A stretch of DNA of 64,000 bases, taken from Lytechinus pictus (Eukaryota). The position numbers and the translations under genes are program-made. The notes under the pieces are model-generated. The model saw only the letters and a list, made by a program, of their open reading frames with translations, did no database searches and was not told where the DNA came from. The stretch lies in the NCBI RefSeq assembly GCF_037042905.1, contig NC_087251.1:19532001-19596000 (forward strand), read 5' to 3'. Of the stretch, positions 12,191-25,250 are shown piece after piece (position 1 is the first letter of the stretch; each line of letters starts with the position of its first letter).

Positions 12191-15100
12191 AACACACGGT
12201 GAAGACTTATCGCTGTCTGTCTATCACGATTACCGTGAGAATGATGAATTGGTGAACGACGTCGATGAATAGACATGGACGGTTACAAATTGATTGATGT
12301 CCTGGGGTGGTTTAAACGATGATGGTATAGTATCAGAGATAGCTTGCATGGTCTCAGTGTAATTAACGTCCATATTACCCACCATACACCAGAAAAAAAT
12401 ACTATTCCGTTGGCGAAGGTATATTGCATCTAGTTTCACTTCATAACTCACTTCTTATAAGCTGAGAGGGAAATATATCGAGTGTAATTAAGAATAAGAA
12501 GAAGTCTTGGGGAAAAGAAGGATAATTTGGAATGGAGCTGGAGAGAGATACGCAGGGAGGAAAGGGTTTTTTCTTTCCAACAAAACTGAATAAAAGAGAG
12601 TATTCCATCTGCCATGGTTGGATGCTCAATACAGAGCACTGGAACCCCTAGGCCACAATGTTAACCTTATGTCAAACACGGTTTGTTATCCTTTCAGGGA
12701 CTTGATGTTGCATTGAAAGAAATCCGTCAATCTTCCATCATGAAAAGAAACACTCTTTTTCATATTCTGATGTAAAAGAGTAGAAAAAGAAAGAGAAACA
12801 GGGAGAAAGAGGAACCAAAGGATGAATGTAGAGGAAGGGGGGGGGGGTGTTAGTGGAATATATTTTGATGGACGTGTCGTTGAATGGTGCGGGGGTTAAC
12901 AGTGGCAGGAGTATCGCCGTAGGGAGCTCTGCCCCACCAATTATCTACCCTAATACCTACTCCACCAACAAAGACACTACTGCTCAAATATTTTTCTTTA
13001 GTAGTGAACCTGAAAGAGATCTGGCCAGACTAGAGATTTTCAAGCGTAACGCAGGAATAAAAGTAGCAGTTTTTCTCCTCTGTATGTCCTCAGAGAGAAG
13101 CCACCTTTTTCATTCTTTTTTTTCTTTCCCATCGACAGCCCAGTTTATTTCCCTCTCTCTCTCTTTTTCTTCTGCTGAACGGCTAAATACACAACCCCCG
13201 GTAATCACAAGGGACGGCCTATCTTTAGCTACTCCATGTTACGACGTGCAGCGACCTGATACGCGGTATACTCTCATGAAATTGAGCGACAGCCCTACTT
13301 TTTAGCCCAATTCGAGCATTATTTTAGGCATCCATCAACTTTATTTCTTTTACTCCCTCCCCGAGAAAAGTAAATCTCTGGGAAAGAGAGCTAGAATATT
13401 CTCATGCCCAAGCCCCATGTCGATCTAAAAACTTGAAGGGTTTGTTGGACGAGGAGGTCGTACGCACGTCTGCGTCACAGCTACGATAGGCTCCCTGCAG
13501 AGACATGCAACCGCGTTCACCAAGGCGAAAACTCGCGCTGCGGAATACGCGCTCACCATTGGGAATGCTGGTGTTAGTGTGTTTTATGGAGTATTTAAGT
13601 AATCGTCGGCAAACACTCGGTGAAAGAGCACCAGAGTCATGCATTTATTGCGCCAGTCATCTATGAGTTCACCCACCAATTCCTTAGGTTACCCGTCCCA
13701 AAGGCCTTCCGTTTTTCCCCTTTCTTTCTTTCCCCATTTTTTTTCGTAAGGGGATGGTTGGTAGTGGGGGGGGGGGGGGGGGGGGTGATTTTCTACCAAG
13801 GGTATATTCCTGTGTCCAGCATAGCAGTCGAGAATGTTTGCTGAGAGAATCTGAGCATAATAACGGCTGGGGAGTAGGCGCTTGAGCTCAATCTGTCGTT
13901 CTTTCATGTTTGGCACGGCTATCAAACCCTCTGACAGTCTTGACATAGACCCCCTTAAGACCCATACCCCTTTCAAGTCCTCAAAAACTTTATCGCCTGC
14001 CCTTTGCTTTATGATAATAACCCCCGTCACTTTAACCGCAGTTTCAGTCGTTTTTTGTTCTTTGCATGGTAAGATTTATTGAACGGGCAGGAATAATATT
14101 CGGGAGTGTAATGTATTCCTATATGACAACTTCAATCTGTTTCCTTTTCTTTCATGAATTCGGTATTGTTTTCAGACAAAGATCAGATAAATACTATTGT
14201 TCATTTAAAAGAATATTATTCATGTTGGATATCACAATCCTGTCCTTTCAAACATTTGCTTTTCCAATGGAAGTAGAACATTTATCATTATCAATTGCAA
14301 AAAATCCTAGCCGGTAAATCCTCAATAAATATTTTTTTGAAAATAAAGGGTGATATAACATTAAATTAAGGATATTAAAAAATATGAACAATTTAAACAG
14401 ACGAAATATCCTGAAATGCTGACTGCTCAGAAGTTGATAAGAAATATATAACTTATTTTTTCTGGTAATCATAGATACTGTTAATTTTCCAATCACACCG
14501 GAACACAATACTGACAAATATTGAGTGAAATCTGACAAAGATCACAAATAATGAATTCAATGTTAATAGACACATTATTCATGTAGGTGGTACAAATGAA
14601 CCTGAATCTTATGCGTCACTAATCAAATAAGTTTATCAATGCAAAATAATCAAAATGATAAATATTTGATGAAGAATAACTCAATAAAAAATGAAAGAAA
14701 TCATGACATATATTTTGACGAGCGAAGAGTTTTACTGCGAAAACACGGCACGATTTTATTTACAATATGGTTTGAACTCTCCTAGAATCAAGTATAATTG
14801 ACCAATTCTTGCAAAAATAGTTTTTAAGTCACACAAGTGTATCGTTCCGATAATGGCATGTCAAGACTCCTTCGATGGGAATATTCAATCCAAGTGTAGT
14901 TGAAGGATTAAACCGAATATACTGTTACAAATGTTATAATAGTTTCCTAGGGCAACAACAGCCGATGTTTAATCCTTTCATGAATTCGCTTGGTCAAACA
15001 GTTTTTTAAAGTGGAGCTGAATTAAAAAAAGAATCTCTAGCACGTTGATTACATAAGACGAAAGTAAGCTAAGGAAAAAATAAAGGAACAAAACGTTTCT

Positions 15101-18100
15101 CAAGATACCCAAAACTAAAATAATGTCACTTCTGATCTCGCATAAAAATCTGAAGAATTGTTTGTTTCATAACCTTTAAACCTTATTCTTTCTAAATACT
15201 TTCGAAATTCCGTAATATTTTGAAGCATTCACGGAGAAGATTAAAGGAAAAGATATGTGTACTCGATAAATACGAGGTATACAGAAATACAATTTTAAGC
15301 GAAGGGCAGATTGTGATTTCTTTTCAGTTCTTTCCATTGGAGTTTGCCGAATCAAATAATGTTTTCAACGTCGAAATGACAGAGCTAGGGGTGAATGAGA
15401 GTAGCCCGGTGGGATTAGAGTTAGGGGTTGAAATTGTCCAATCAGTGAATTAACAAATGGATAATGACATATGATAGATGATCATACGAACCGGGTATAT
15501 GCAGACGGCCAAATATTGTTTGCAGACCAATCCAACGTTAATCTTCTTTTTAAGCCAGACACCCCCCCCCCTCTCTCTCTCTCCACATGTTTTCAAGCGC
15601 TTAATGCGAATTATACTGCGTAGTGAAGAACAATGTAATTTAAATAGAACATAATAACATCAGGAATATGGCATCATAATACAGATTGGGTAATATACAG
15701 GCATGTATATAGGTCTAATAAAAAATGGGGCACAATATTTGTGAAAGAAAGTTCTTTCTATAATATTGAGTCGCTGTGGTTCTTTGCTGTTTCCTGTCTT
15801 TGACTCTTTCTCGTTCCTATCTCTCTCTCCCTCTCCCCCCCTCTCTCCCCCTCTCTCTTGTATCTCTCGCTCTCAATGTCTACAATTGAAATGTCCTTTG
15901 TAATTTTCCCATTCATTTTTTTCCTCTCTTCTGTATTCTCCGTTTCCCTCTCTATCACGACCCATCCCCCATAAATGTATGAGGATCGCCGACGGCTGTG
16001 AGTCTCTGCAGCGTGTAAGGTAATATGTGCCGAACAACCGGGGCCGACCTGAGCCGGCAAACCTCTCAGGAAGCGAAGGAAATCAGGGTTCGTTGTTATC
16101 AGCGCGCCATCAGTCGGCATCATCATCCTACTCCACGAAAGAAGAGCCGGTTTGGAGACAAGAAGACGTAACCCGTGTAAACAGCCAGTTTGCGATAGCA
16201 GCATCTTCCAAAGATCACTGGTCTCCATTCCAGACACACCGAATTAATTCACGGGCAAACAGGACGTCCGAAAGTTTCTGGTGAAAGTTTTCGGAGGGTC
16301 TTGGGCGATCAAACATATCTAAACGTTAGATGGGAGTGGAAGTCAGCAGACAAAACTTCGTTACAGCAGTAATCGAGTACTGTCATAATGCTGCGAATCG
16401 TCACAAAATGGAAGATCCTGGAAAATTGAAAGAGATAAACTCCGATATCTCTACTGAAAAAGAGAGCGGACGGTTAAAGAAACTGTCGGGCGGAGCTTGG
16501 TGAAGCAAAGATTGCCTATCAATGAGGTCTTTAATACCACTTACAGGAGCAGAAGCAATTTAAAAATTCTAAACCGAGGTCGGGTTACGAGCGAGCCTAG
16601 CTTAGGCGCTCGATCACCATATCGATTCCTATCTTCAGCCCCTTGAACGTCGATCATGAATACATGGGGTAGGGATGGGGGTCTCTTCATGATAGATGCC
16701 CATATAGTCTATTATTACCTCCCTCCGAACTAACCTAGCTACCTCACTAGGGCGTCTCGGAAATCAAGAAGCCCGACTTTATGAGTTCTTTGGAGTGTAG
16801 ATCAGGTGGTATATTGACCGGTGATAATTAGAAATCTCGTAAATTGCTTGACTTTTTTCTCTTCGCCTGGCCTTTTTTTTTCTTTGAATCTGGTGTGCTG
16901 ACGAAGCAAAACAATATTATCTGGCGCTGTTTGCATGCCAGCTTGGGTTACTACCGTGCAAATTGCATCCCAACAGAGACACACAACGCTTGTCATTTTT
17001 ACCCCTATTTTGATTCCACTCTAGCGCCATCCACCAACTACACAATTTAAAGCTTCCGGTAGAGTCGTGGGTAATGGCGACATGAAGTGGTGTTTAATCT
17101 TAAGAGATATGGAAGGGAGAAGAAAAGACTTCTTTGTAGATTAAGGATGACATTTTTTTTCTCGCAAGCTTGATGCATTTCAATAACATCGCTTCTTGAA
17201 ATGCCTTGATGAAATCACTCATCTTACCCTGATGTTAACTTACTCCTTTTCATTCTTTGTCGCGTCAGAAAAGCAGATCATCGTTAAGAATTCCATGCTA
17301 TGATGGACTCTATGAGAGGCAATACACTGCTTTTGACAAGCAATAACGAGGAAGCATCTCAACCCGTACACGATTACGTCCCACTACGACAAATACGTCG
17401 CGAGACTTTAATTAAAACAGTGTTTTGACAGTTTACATCGTGTTATAGGGGGTAAGAGCGCACCAGTACCTCCCCTCTCTATCTCCCTCTCCATACATGA
17501 AGTACAATCTCTCTGACGCTGGATATGAAATCGAGAAAACCTCCTGACAGATTAAACATAACAAAACACTTTATTAACAAAATTGTCCAAGTACTCAGCG
17601 AGTTTTATTAAGACACTTTTGAGGTTAGGTTTGTGAGAGGGCGGGAATCATGTTGGGTGATTGGGAGCTCTCAGAAACAATATCTCGAGTCATAAAATCA
17701 CCAATAAAACTACTTCCATACAAGTGAGAGCGGGGCCAACTTGTCAGAACACACTTAATAATCGTGTAATCATCTTGGTGTATTTGAAATTAGTTGGTGC
17801 ATAGAAGATTAAAAAAAGGAGAGGAATGTAAGTTAAACAAAATTGGAGACTGGTCGTCTTTTTGTAATTTTACTTGGCGAGCAGTAGATGACAGGTCTTG
17901 ATGATAAAATGAAAACTGATCATAGATTGTCTAGAACTTATGACGTTTCTCTGTTTGTCAATCTTGTAAAAGATTTAATTCAAGATTTTCATTTATTTCA
18001 TTTCATTTGAGAGAAGCTTCACTTTATCAATCTAACTATCACAATTATGTTTTTCTTGAATAGTTGATGACATTTTACAAGTTACATGTATCTGTAAAAT

Positions 18101-18182
18101 AGTCTAATTACAAAGTTATTGTTAGTCTGCTTTGCAACACAGTCATGACAATATGTCAACTGTATTTAATCACTGTAACGTT

Positions 18183-18760
18183 TGAACTTTATTATAGTAT
18201 GATAAATTCATTTCGCAGCCAAAGGCTGAATTACATGATTTCGTGCAAAGTAAAATTTCAGTATACCAACAGATGAGCCAGTAACTTTTCAGAGATGAAA
18301 ATTCAAATGAATTCTGCAGAAATTAACACTTTCAAGAATACTAGTCAAACACCCTGATGGAGATGAATTCGAAAATATTTTTTTAAACTACACTGTTCCG
18401 ATGTATCTACTTTTATAGGACAAAACAATTTAACAGTTCTTTATGATATTCAAAGATGAAAGGGTCAGGGAACGAAACTGCCTTTTTAGCCATCTCAAAA
18501 CATTATCTAGTCAGACTTGTCTAGAACATGCTCATTCTGTCTAGAAAGCGTAATATAAAACACATGAACAGACATATCAGTGACACCTTACTGTCTAAAC
18601 TGGTAATTTAGAGTAAAACTGATTGTAAAAAAACCCATTCGTTTCACGTAAAATTTTATTTTGAACAGCTGATGCGGTTCACAATGTTTGTAAACTTTTT
18701 TTGAGTGCAAAAAGGTAAGTTAAAATATAAGAATGCATGGTTGATACACCATTTTTAGAA
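18183..18760 (-). mobile_element. L2/CR1-group LINE 3' fragment
   Basis: The minus strand reads aattcagcctttggctgcgaaatg...aataaagttc, a CAGCC-loop-GGCTG 3' stem-loop followed by AATAAA, as at L2/CR1 3' ends. The upstream extent is approximate. Confidence 0.45.
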
Positions 18761-19970
18761 TCACTGCAATAAAAAAATAAAAACTAACTTAATACTAGTT
18801 TAGTGCAAATTAGAAATTGTAAATCGATAAAACGCATCTTTTAACGCCAAACTTTACAATTTGCAAATGTTACTTTTACACTTCTTGTGGTATTAGATGG
18901 CACTTTTGCTAAACACACATCGTGTCGTGCACAAGCCAAGATATATGAAGGACGGCCGCAAAACGGATAGATTACCTCATTGCTCGCTATCACAACAATA
19001 ACGTCTTGTTATGCGATCGTCATTTTGACTTCGGGTCCTTCATCAGTTTCATTATGAAATTTCATAAAGAAACATCATTTTTTATCCCCCCTTCGCCCCT
19101 CAAATCCCTCTATTCCACTTTACACACGGACAGCTGGAGTGCTTTGAAAGATACTAATCGTTTCAACAAAAATAAACCCATCTTTATCGATATCCCTCCC
19201 GGATGAAATTTTGATCATCTTTCGCGCAGCTTGGCCCTGTCGTCTGGCCGTGTCAACTTACCAGGATGTATGTATGGTTTGTTTATGACATAACACCCGG
19301 CCATTGCCATCAGCGCCATATTTTGGAGGGAGAGGCTCTTAAAATATATAATATCTCCTTACTCCGTACATCAGCAAATTCTGACATGAATAGTTTTGAT
19401 TTCCCAGGCTTCTATATGCTTACTATCTTGTATCTTCTTCACCCCCTGTCCTCACATAATAATGCCAATTTTTAATTCAGCTTTTGAAATAAAACTTTTG
19501 GTTGTTGTTGCTAAATCGTCATTGCTCGCGTCTCTTCTTATGTTCGTGTATTGTTAAATTAAGGTTAACTTTTTAAATTATATAATTGCTTCTGACTCTT
19601 GAGATTTTTGTTCGTAATTAAAAATAAACAATTATTCTTATCACCATAATGTACCTGAATTAAATAGAATGAGTTAAAAATGAATGCCTTTGTGTGACAA
19701 TGAAAATTCGCCCATCTTGTCTCGATGCCTCTTTTTATATATACAAATTACCCGGGATTTTCTTTCTTATTTTTTCTTCAACTCAAGGGGCACCAGAATA
19801 AAAACAAATATTAGAGTCAATACTTTGAAATTCAGATTGAACAATATGCCTTTTAATTAAACAAAATTATGATCATTTGTAACTGCAAATACTTGTGTAA
19901 TGATGAATTAAATGCAAGTGATGTTAAGAGGATTAGATTTTTACTTAGTTGACCCTATATTTCAATCATA

Positions 19971-20178
19971 CACTCTTAAAAAGGTTGGGCAAAAAAGGCC
20001 AAATTTTTAACTATCACTGGGCAACATACTGTCCACACAACTACCGGTTAAAATCTGTCAAAATTGGGTAATAAATTTGCTAGACTGGATAATAATTGCC
20101 CAGAATATACATATTTTTTTAACCAAACATACATTACCTAACACAGTGGACAGTATGTTGCCCAACATTTTAAGTGTG
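19971..20178. mobile_element. CAC-terminated MITE structurally related to 2628-2804
   Basis: Termini (ta)cactcttaaaaaggttgggc / gcccaacattttaagtgtg, and a perfect internal inverted pair gggcaacatactgtccac / gtggacagtatgttgccc. Confidence 0.75.
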
Positions 20179-21344
20179 AACGAAAGAGACGGTAATTAGT
20201 TTCTTCTGAGATGAGGTGAATAACTGCCTAACTGGGATAATACTAAACAGGAAGCAATTACCTCTCTGCATTACTTGTTGTTCAAGTGAAACGATCTGCC
20301 ATTTTACACTCAATATTATTACATCATCGATCGTCCAGTCCGTGCCTAACGTATCACTTGACAGTGTTCCTTTTCTTCTCCATCTGAGCGAGGCATGGAC
20401 CTGCCGTAGCGCAGCCGTGTGCCTTCATGCACTTTCCGCCGGGTGAAACGGCGTCGAGTTTCATTCAAAGCCCACCTGTACCCCTTCAGCAAACTGGTAG
20501 AATTTATCCAACACTCTTCGGCTTATTCCTATACTTCTCTTTCCCCTCCTTTATTTCCCTTTTTACTACCCCTTTGTTTCTCTCGATTGATCCGAGATTT
20601 GTTCTAATAGTTACAGAAGGTTTGTTTTTACCGATACACTGCCTTGCTGCCACTAGCTATGTTGCACTAGTTGTGTTCTAAAGGGTTTTGATAACAGAGG
20701 CAGATTACGCTATACAACAGCTGATATTTCAAACTTAATTTCTACCTGAAATTAAAACTGCCTTCTTATATGTATGATTTTATTATATCCCCATTTCCTT
20801 CGCTTTAAATATATATCAACAAATATGAATCAAATTCCAATAACGCGCATGTGAAAGTTGGATATGACTATGATGATGCAACGATTTAAATGAACATTCG
20901 AAGTTAAGCTAGAAATATAACGTCAACTAAAATTATTACTTGTATTTTTTATTATGCGCAATTTAAGTTGTAGTCATTATAATTGAATGAACAGAAGGAA
21001 AAAAAAAAGATATTAAATTCAAGATTATAATTTCATGTATATTTCACTTAACAGCTTTCTGCACGTATCCCAAAAGCTGCCTTAATGATAAGAATATTGG
21101 AAAATACAGAAAAATGTTATTGAAGGTCAATTGTATATCATGTAATAACTTAAAAACCTTTTGTAGATCTTTAGTAGATATGAAGCTCACTCGAATACGA
21201 TCCTACAAAATCAGATTACAGCAAACATAATCTCGTATATAAGTACAATTTGACGTAAAGATTAAGCAATTCAAACGCTATAAAACGTACTTGTCAAACA
21301 CTTGTTGTTGACGTCGATAAGAACTAGGGCCTAGAGGTCGGTAA

Positions 21345-21470
21345 TTCAAGATTCAAGAAGTTTATTTTCATGTCCATGACAAATATAAATCAAATTCCAA
21401 TGCACTAAGGAGAGAATGAGAGGTTACCCTGATTATTTTATAACTCATATAAGGAACGTCCATGGCTTAA
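21345..21470 (-). mobile_element. CR1-like LINE 3' tail
   Basis: The minus strand ends aataaacttcttgaatcttgaa, a polyA-signal-like motif followed by a short tandem tail. Confidence 0.4.
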
Positions 21471-21999
21471 GTATTCTGATTGATTTAATTTAGTTTCTGA
21501 ACGCTATTCAGGAATGTGTTGAGAAGATCACAATAATTTAGACGCAGGGCATGGATAGATCGCGCTGTTTCCTTTTCGCGCCAATGGATACACAAATGAT
21601 ATCACGCTTTATTGTATGCAAAAGAATGCTAAAAGCATTATCAATTTTCGACAATATATTTTGTAACTTTTTTCATCACAAAGAGAACCATTATTAATTG
21701 AAGTTGTGATAGATTAAGGTTTTTACCTTTTTGCGCCAATTGATGCGCTAATAAAATATTCCCCTGTGGCTCTACTGCTGCAACGATGCTATGCAATATA
21801 TATGTATACAAGACAGTTTACGGAATGAAAATGAAAAGGTTTGATTTAATGTTGGTCGGTTATGAAAACGAATCACTTCCACTTTATTGCAGTTATAATG
21901 CAATTATTACATTTTTAATATTAAAAATGTAAACCATAACAGGAGTAATAATTTCTGACAGCTTTACATAGTATTGGTAAAGGGTTTCTTCATATCCCG

Positions 22000-22450
22000 G
22001 AGAGAGAAAATAGTACAAAGACAATTTCAACTTCAAATATTGGGTACTTGGAGATCAGCCTGTTGAATGACAGGCCCATATCCGGTTCAGTTGATGGCCA
22101 TAATTCCTTTAATATCACCATGATCACCAAATATCGCAATTTTAATGGGAGAGTTGTACCTGAGGAAATGAAATCTTCATCGGAATTCGACACTTGAAAA
22201 TCATAGGAAAAAGATATACGTCAATCTGTTTGAATCAAATTTTGAAAAAGAAGCAAGAAAAAGTTGTCAACCTGATCGAAGACATTGAACACAAAATGTA
22301 CTTAAATTGCTTGAGAAAGTTAATCGAGGCGGTTTCTAAATACTTGATGATGATATAATCGAAATAAAAAAACTAACAAAAAGGGAATATGATTCTGGCA
22401 TCATTCACAAAACCTGACATAAAGACCAAGTATGGCAAATGAATTTAAAT
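22000..22450 (+). mobile_element. Possible degenerate L1-like endonuclease/tether remnant
   Basis: Broken frames 'KYWVLGDQ' and 'LKKKQEKVVNLIEDIEHKMYLNCLRKLIEAVSKYL' look coding-like, but no diagnostic motif is intact. Confidence 0.2.
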
Positions 22451-24645
22451 CAATAACGATTATTATATAATTGAATCAGATTAAGGCTTTCAATGTAGTT
22501 ACAGATTCTTTTCCGATTCATATCCAATAGATTGTAAAATCACATAATAATTAAAAAGGTGAGACCGTAAGGCCAAAATTATTAGATATAATTCCAAAAT
22601 TGAATATGTCAGGAGGCAGAATAGTATGATCATGATAATTTTTCATTGGCATACTTTTATTATGATAAAGCTATTGAGGGATGGAGAAAAGCAAAGTTAT
22701 TACTTTTGATATGACAATGTGGTCGGATATCATACAAACAATATACCCTTTTCACACCAACAAATGAACGAAACGAACTCCCTCTAAACAAAATATAAAT
22801 ATTTCCAAACACCGGTTGGTTGGGAGCTATCTCCTCTGTATGAACATATCTCAACATCCACAATGTGAGCTAGAATATATTTAGCATGTATATGTATAGC
22901 GCCACCACTATGGATCACGAGGAAATAATTATAACTGTATCATGAAAGAGAAAAAATGCTTTATTTAACGAATGAATGACCCTGTTTTAGTGCACATAGC
23001 GAAAATTTGGTGGGTCGGTTAACCGTATCATACCCCTCAAATATTATATTGCATTCTTAAACTATAGGGGGATGGGGGGCAGAGCTAGAAAGCGCTAGAA
23101 AATAGATTTAAAAAAATCTTAAAATATTTTGTATATATATTTTTTTTCATTATCGAGGTTTACGGAACAATGATCGGTTGTATGTTTTTGTGGTGTGCGA
23201 CAGCGGCAGAAAAACGAAATCTGCAAGATGAAAACGAAAGGGAGGGTTGATTTAGGGACATGTCCCTTTATTTGAGGGAGCAATATTGAATTAAAATTGA
23301 AGGGTCTGGTACACAATTTAAGAGAATCTTTGCGAATACTTGTAATTAAAAACGAGTTTTTTCCCCCAATTTCGGGGGGGGGGGTCACCCCCGGTATAGT
23401 AGCTCCATGCTTTATTTCTCCATCCCCTCTTTGATAAAAAAAAAAAATCTTCCTCTCTTTCTTAATCCACCCTTAAAGCAAGGTAAATGTTGAAGGTAAT
23501 CTGGAACAATCACCAAGAACGAACGACGGAATGAAATTGATGTTGATCCCGGTCTCCCCAAATCCCGCAGGACAGGAAAGCCTTATTTAAACATCAATTC
23601 GTTTGTCTATTACCGCGTTGTCACCGCCGTTCCAGAGTCTACAAGCATTTAATTTTGTGAATTCGTTTGATTACACGACTATCATATCCGCATTCTCTAT
23701 TCCTCCTTTTTTCGATGCCACCGCGCGTCCATCGCTCTCTCTCTCTCTTCCCATTTCCTCATTAATTAATCGCAATCAATCTATATTGGCGAAGACTGCT
23801 TGTGGCGCGTCTTAAATGCTCGATTAAAGCTATTACTGGGGAATGAATTATCTATCACTGACATAGCTCCAACTGAGATTGACACGGTAATGTGTACTTT
23901 CTCTCATTCTCTGAATCGCTCCACTCACCGTCCCTCTCGCGGTAAATTAGAACGACCAGAATGATTGAGCTATATGTATACACAACTTAGAATAACATAT
24001 TATTGGTTCCATCAATTAATGTTCATTTCTTAATGGATATACTTGAGATTGGATTCTCATCAAGAAATAGGGTAAGTTGATTGATTAACTTTTTGTCCAG
24101 TCGCGTAAATTCTAGTTCTGCTATATGTAAACCGTTTAAAAACAAGAACTATATAAAAAATGCACACGAACCACATAACGATCATTATACTGGTATGCAA
24201 TCATATCGATAAAAAAAAAACTATACCAAGACTCGTTGCAATTTCATAGTGACAAACTGGAGGCGCCAGGGTATTTTTTTGAGAGGTGTGGTGATCTTAG
24301 GACCAATAGATGCGATATTTTTTTCTTAATTAAAAATAGGTCTAATATAATGCTCTCCTTTCTTCCTTCGTTCCCCCCTCATTTTTCCCTATTCTCCTTT
24401 TATCACCACACAATCATAAGGGCGGTCACTTCCCTTACCCCCCCCCTCCCATCACTGGTGCTACCCCATTCCACACTTTCATGATTTCACCATCATTGTC
24501 AGGAGACCAGCTTTTTCTGAAGAATGGAAATTATGAGCAAGGGTGTAATGCATTTCATGATTTACTTGGTTCTAATTCTCTTTGCTTTTCGTCATATTTC
24601 GCTTATCAATTTTCTTCTACTCCTTAAAAATTAATGTGATGTTAA

Positions 24646-25250
24646 AGGGATGGTCCGAACTGAAAATATTTATATCAAAAGAAATAAAAAAGAAATAAAA
24701 TTCACAGAGCAAAATGCTGAAAATTTCATCAAAATCGGATAACAAATAACGAAGTAATTGAAATTTTTGTTGTTGAATATTTTGTGAAAACAGTCATTGG
24801 CACATCGTCATGAATATTCATTAGGTGGGCTAATGATGTCATATCTCCACTTTTTTTCTAATGTTATTACATGAAACCATAATTGTTTCATTTTTTCATA
24901 CATGTGTAAATGATGTGCCTCCATTGTGATGAAATAAGTTGCGGCAATAAATAACTAATGCTCTTAATCAGTTGCTAATCCAATTGTTTTAGTTCTTGGT
25001 AGAAATTTTTTTAATAAACCTAATTTCATACAATAAAATACAAAACAACCAGTGGGGATATGACATCATCAGCTCACCTAATGAATATTCATGAAGACAT
25101 GCCTAGAATTGTTTCACCGGAATAATGCAAATCTTTAAAATTCAATAACTTCGTTATTTGTTTTCCGATTTGATCATATTTTCAGCATTTTGCTTTGTGA
25201 ATATTACTCTATTTATTAAGATATAAATATCTCCGGCCTAGACCATCCCT
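24646..25250. mobile_element. Kolobok/T2-like non-autonomous DNA transposon, same subfamily as 5786-6386
   Basis: ttaa|agggatggtc ... gaccatccct|tcaa, colinear with 5786-6386 along its length. Confidence 0.88.

Noticed and set aside
13689..14030. 113-aa minus-strand ORF
   Set aside because: No recognisable domain, and it runs through a poly-G tract. More likely regulatory DNA.
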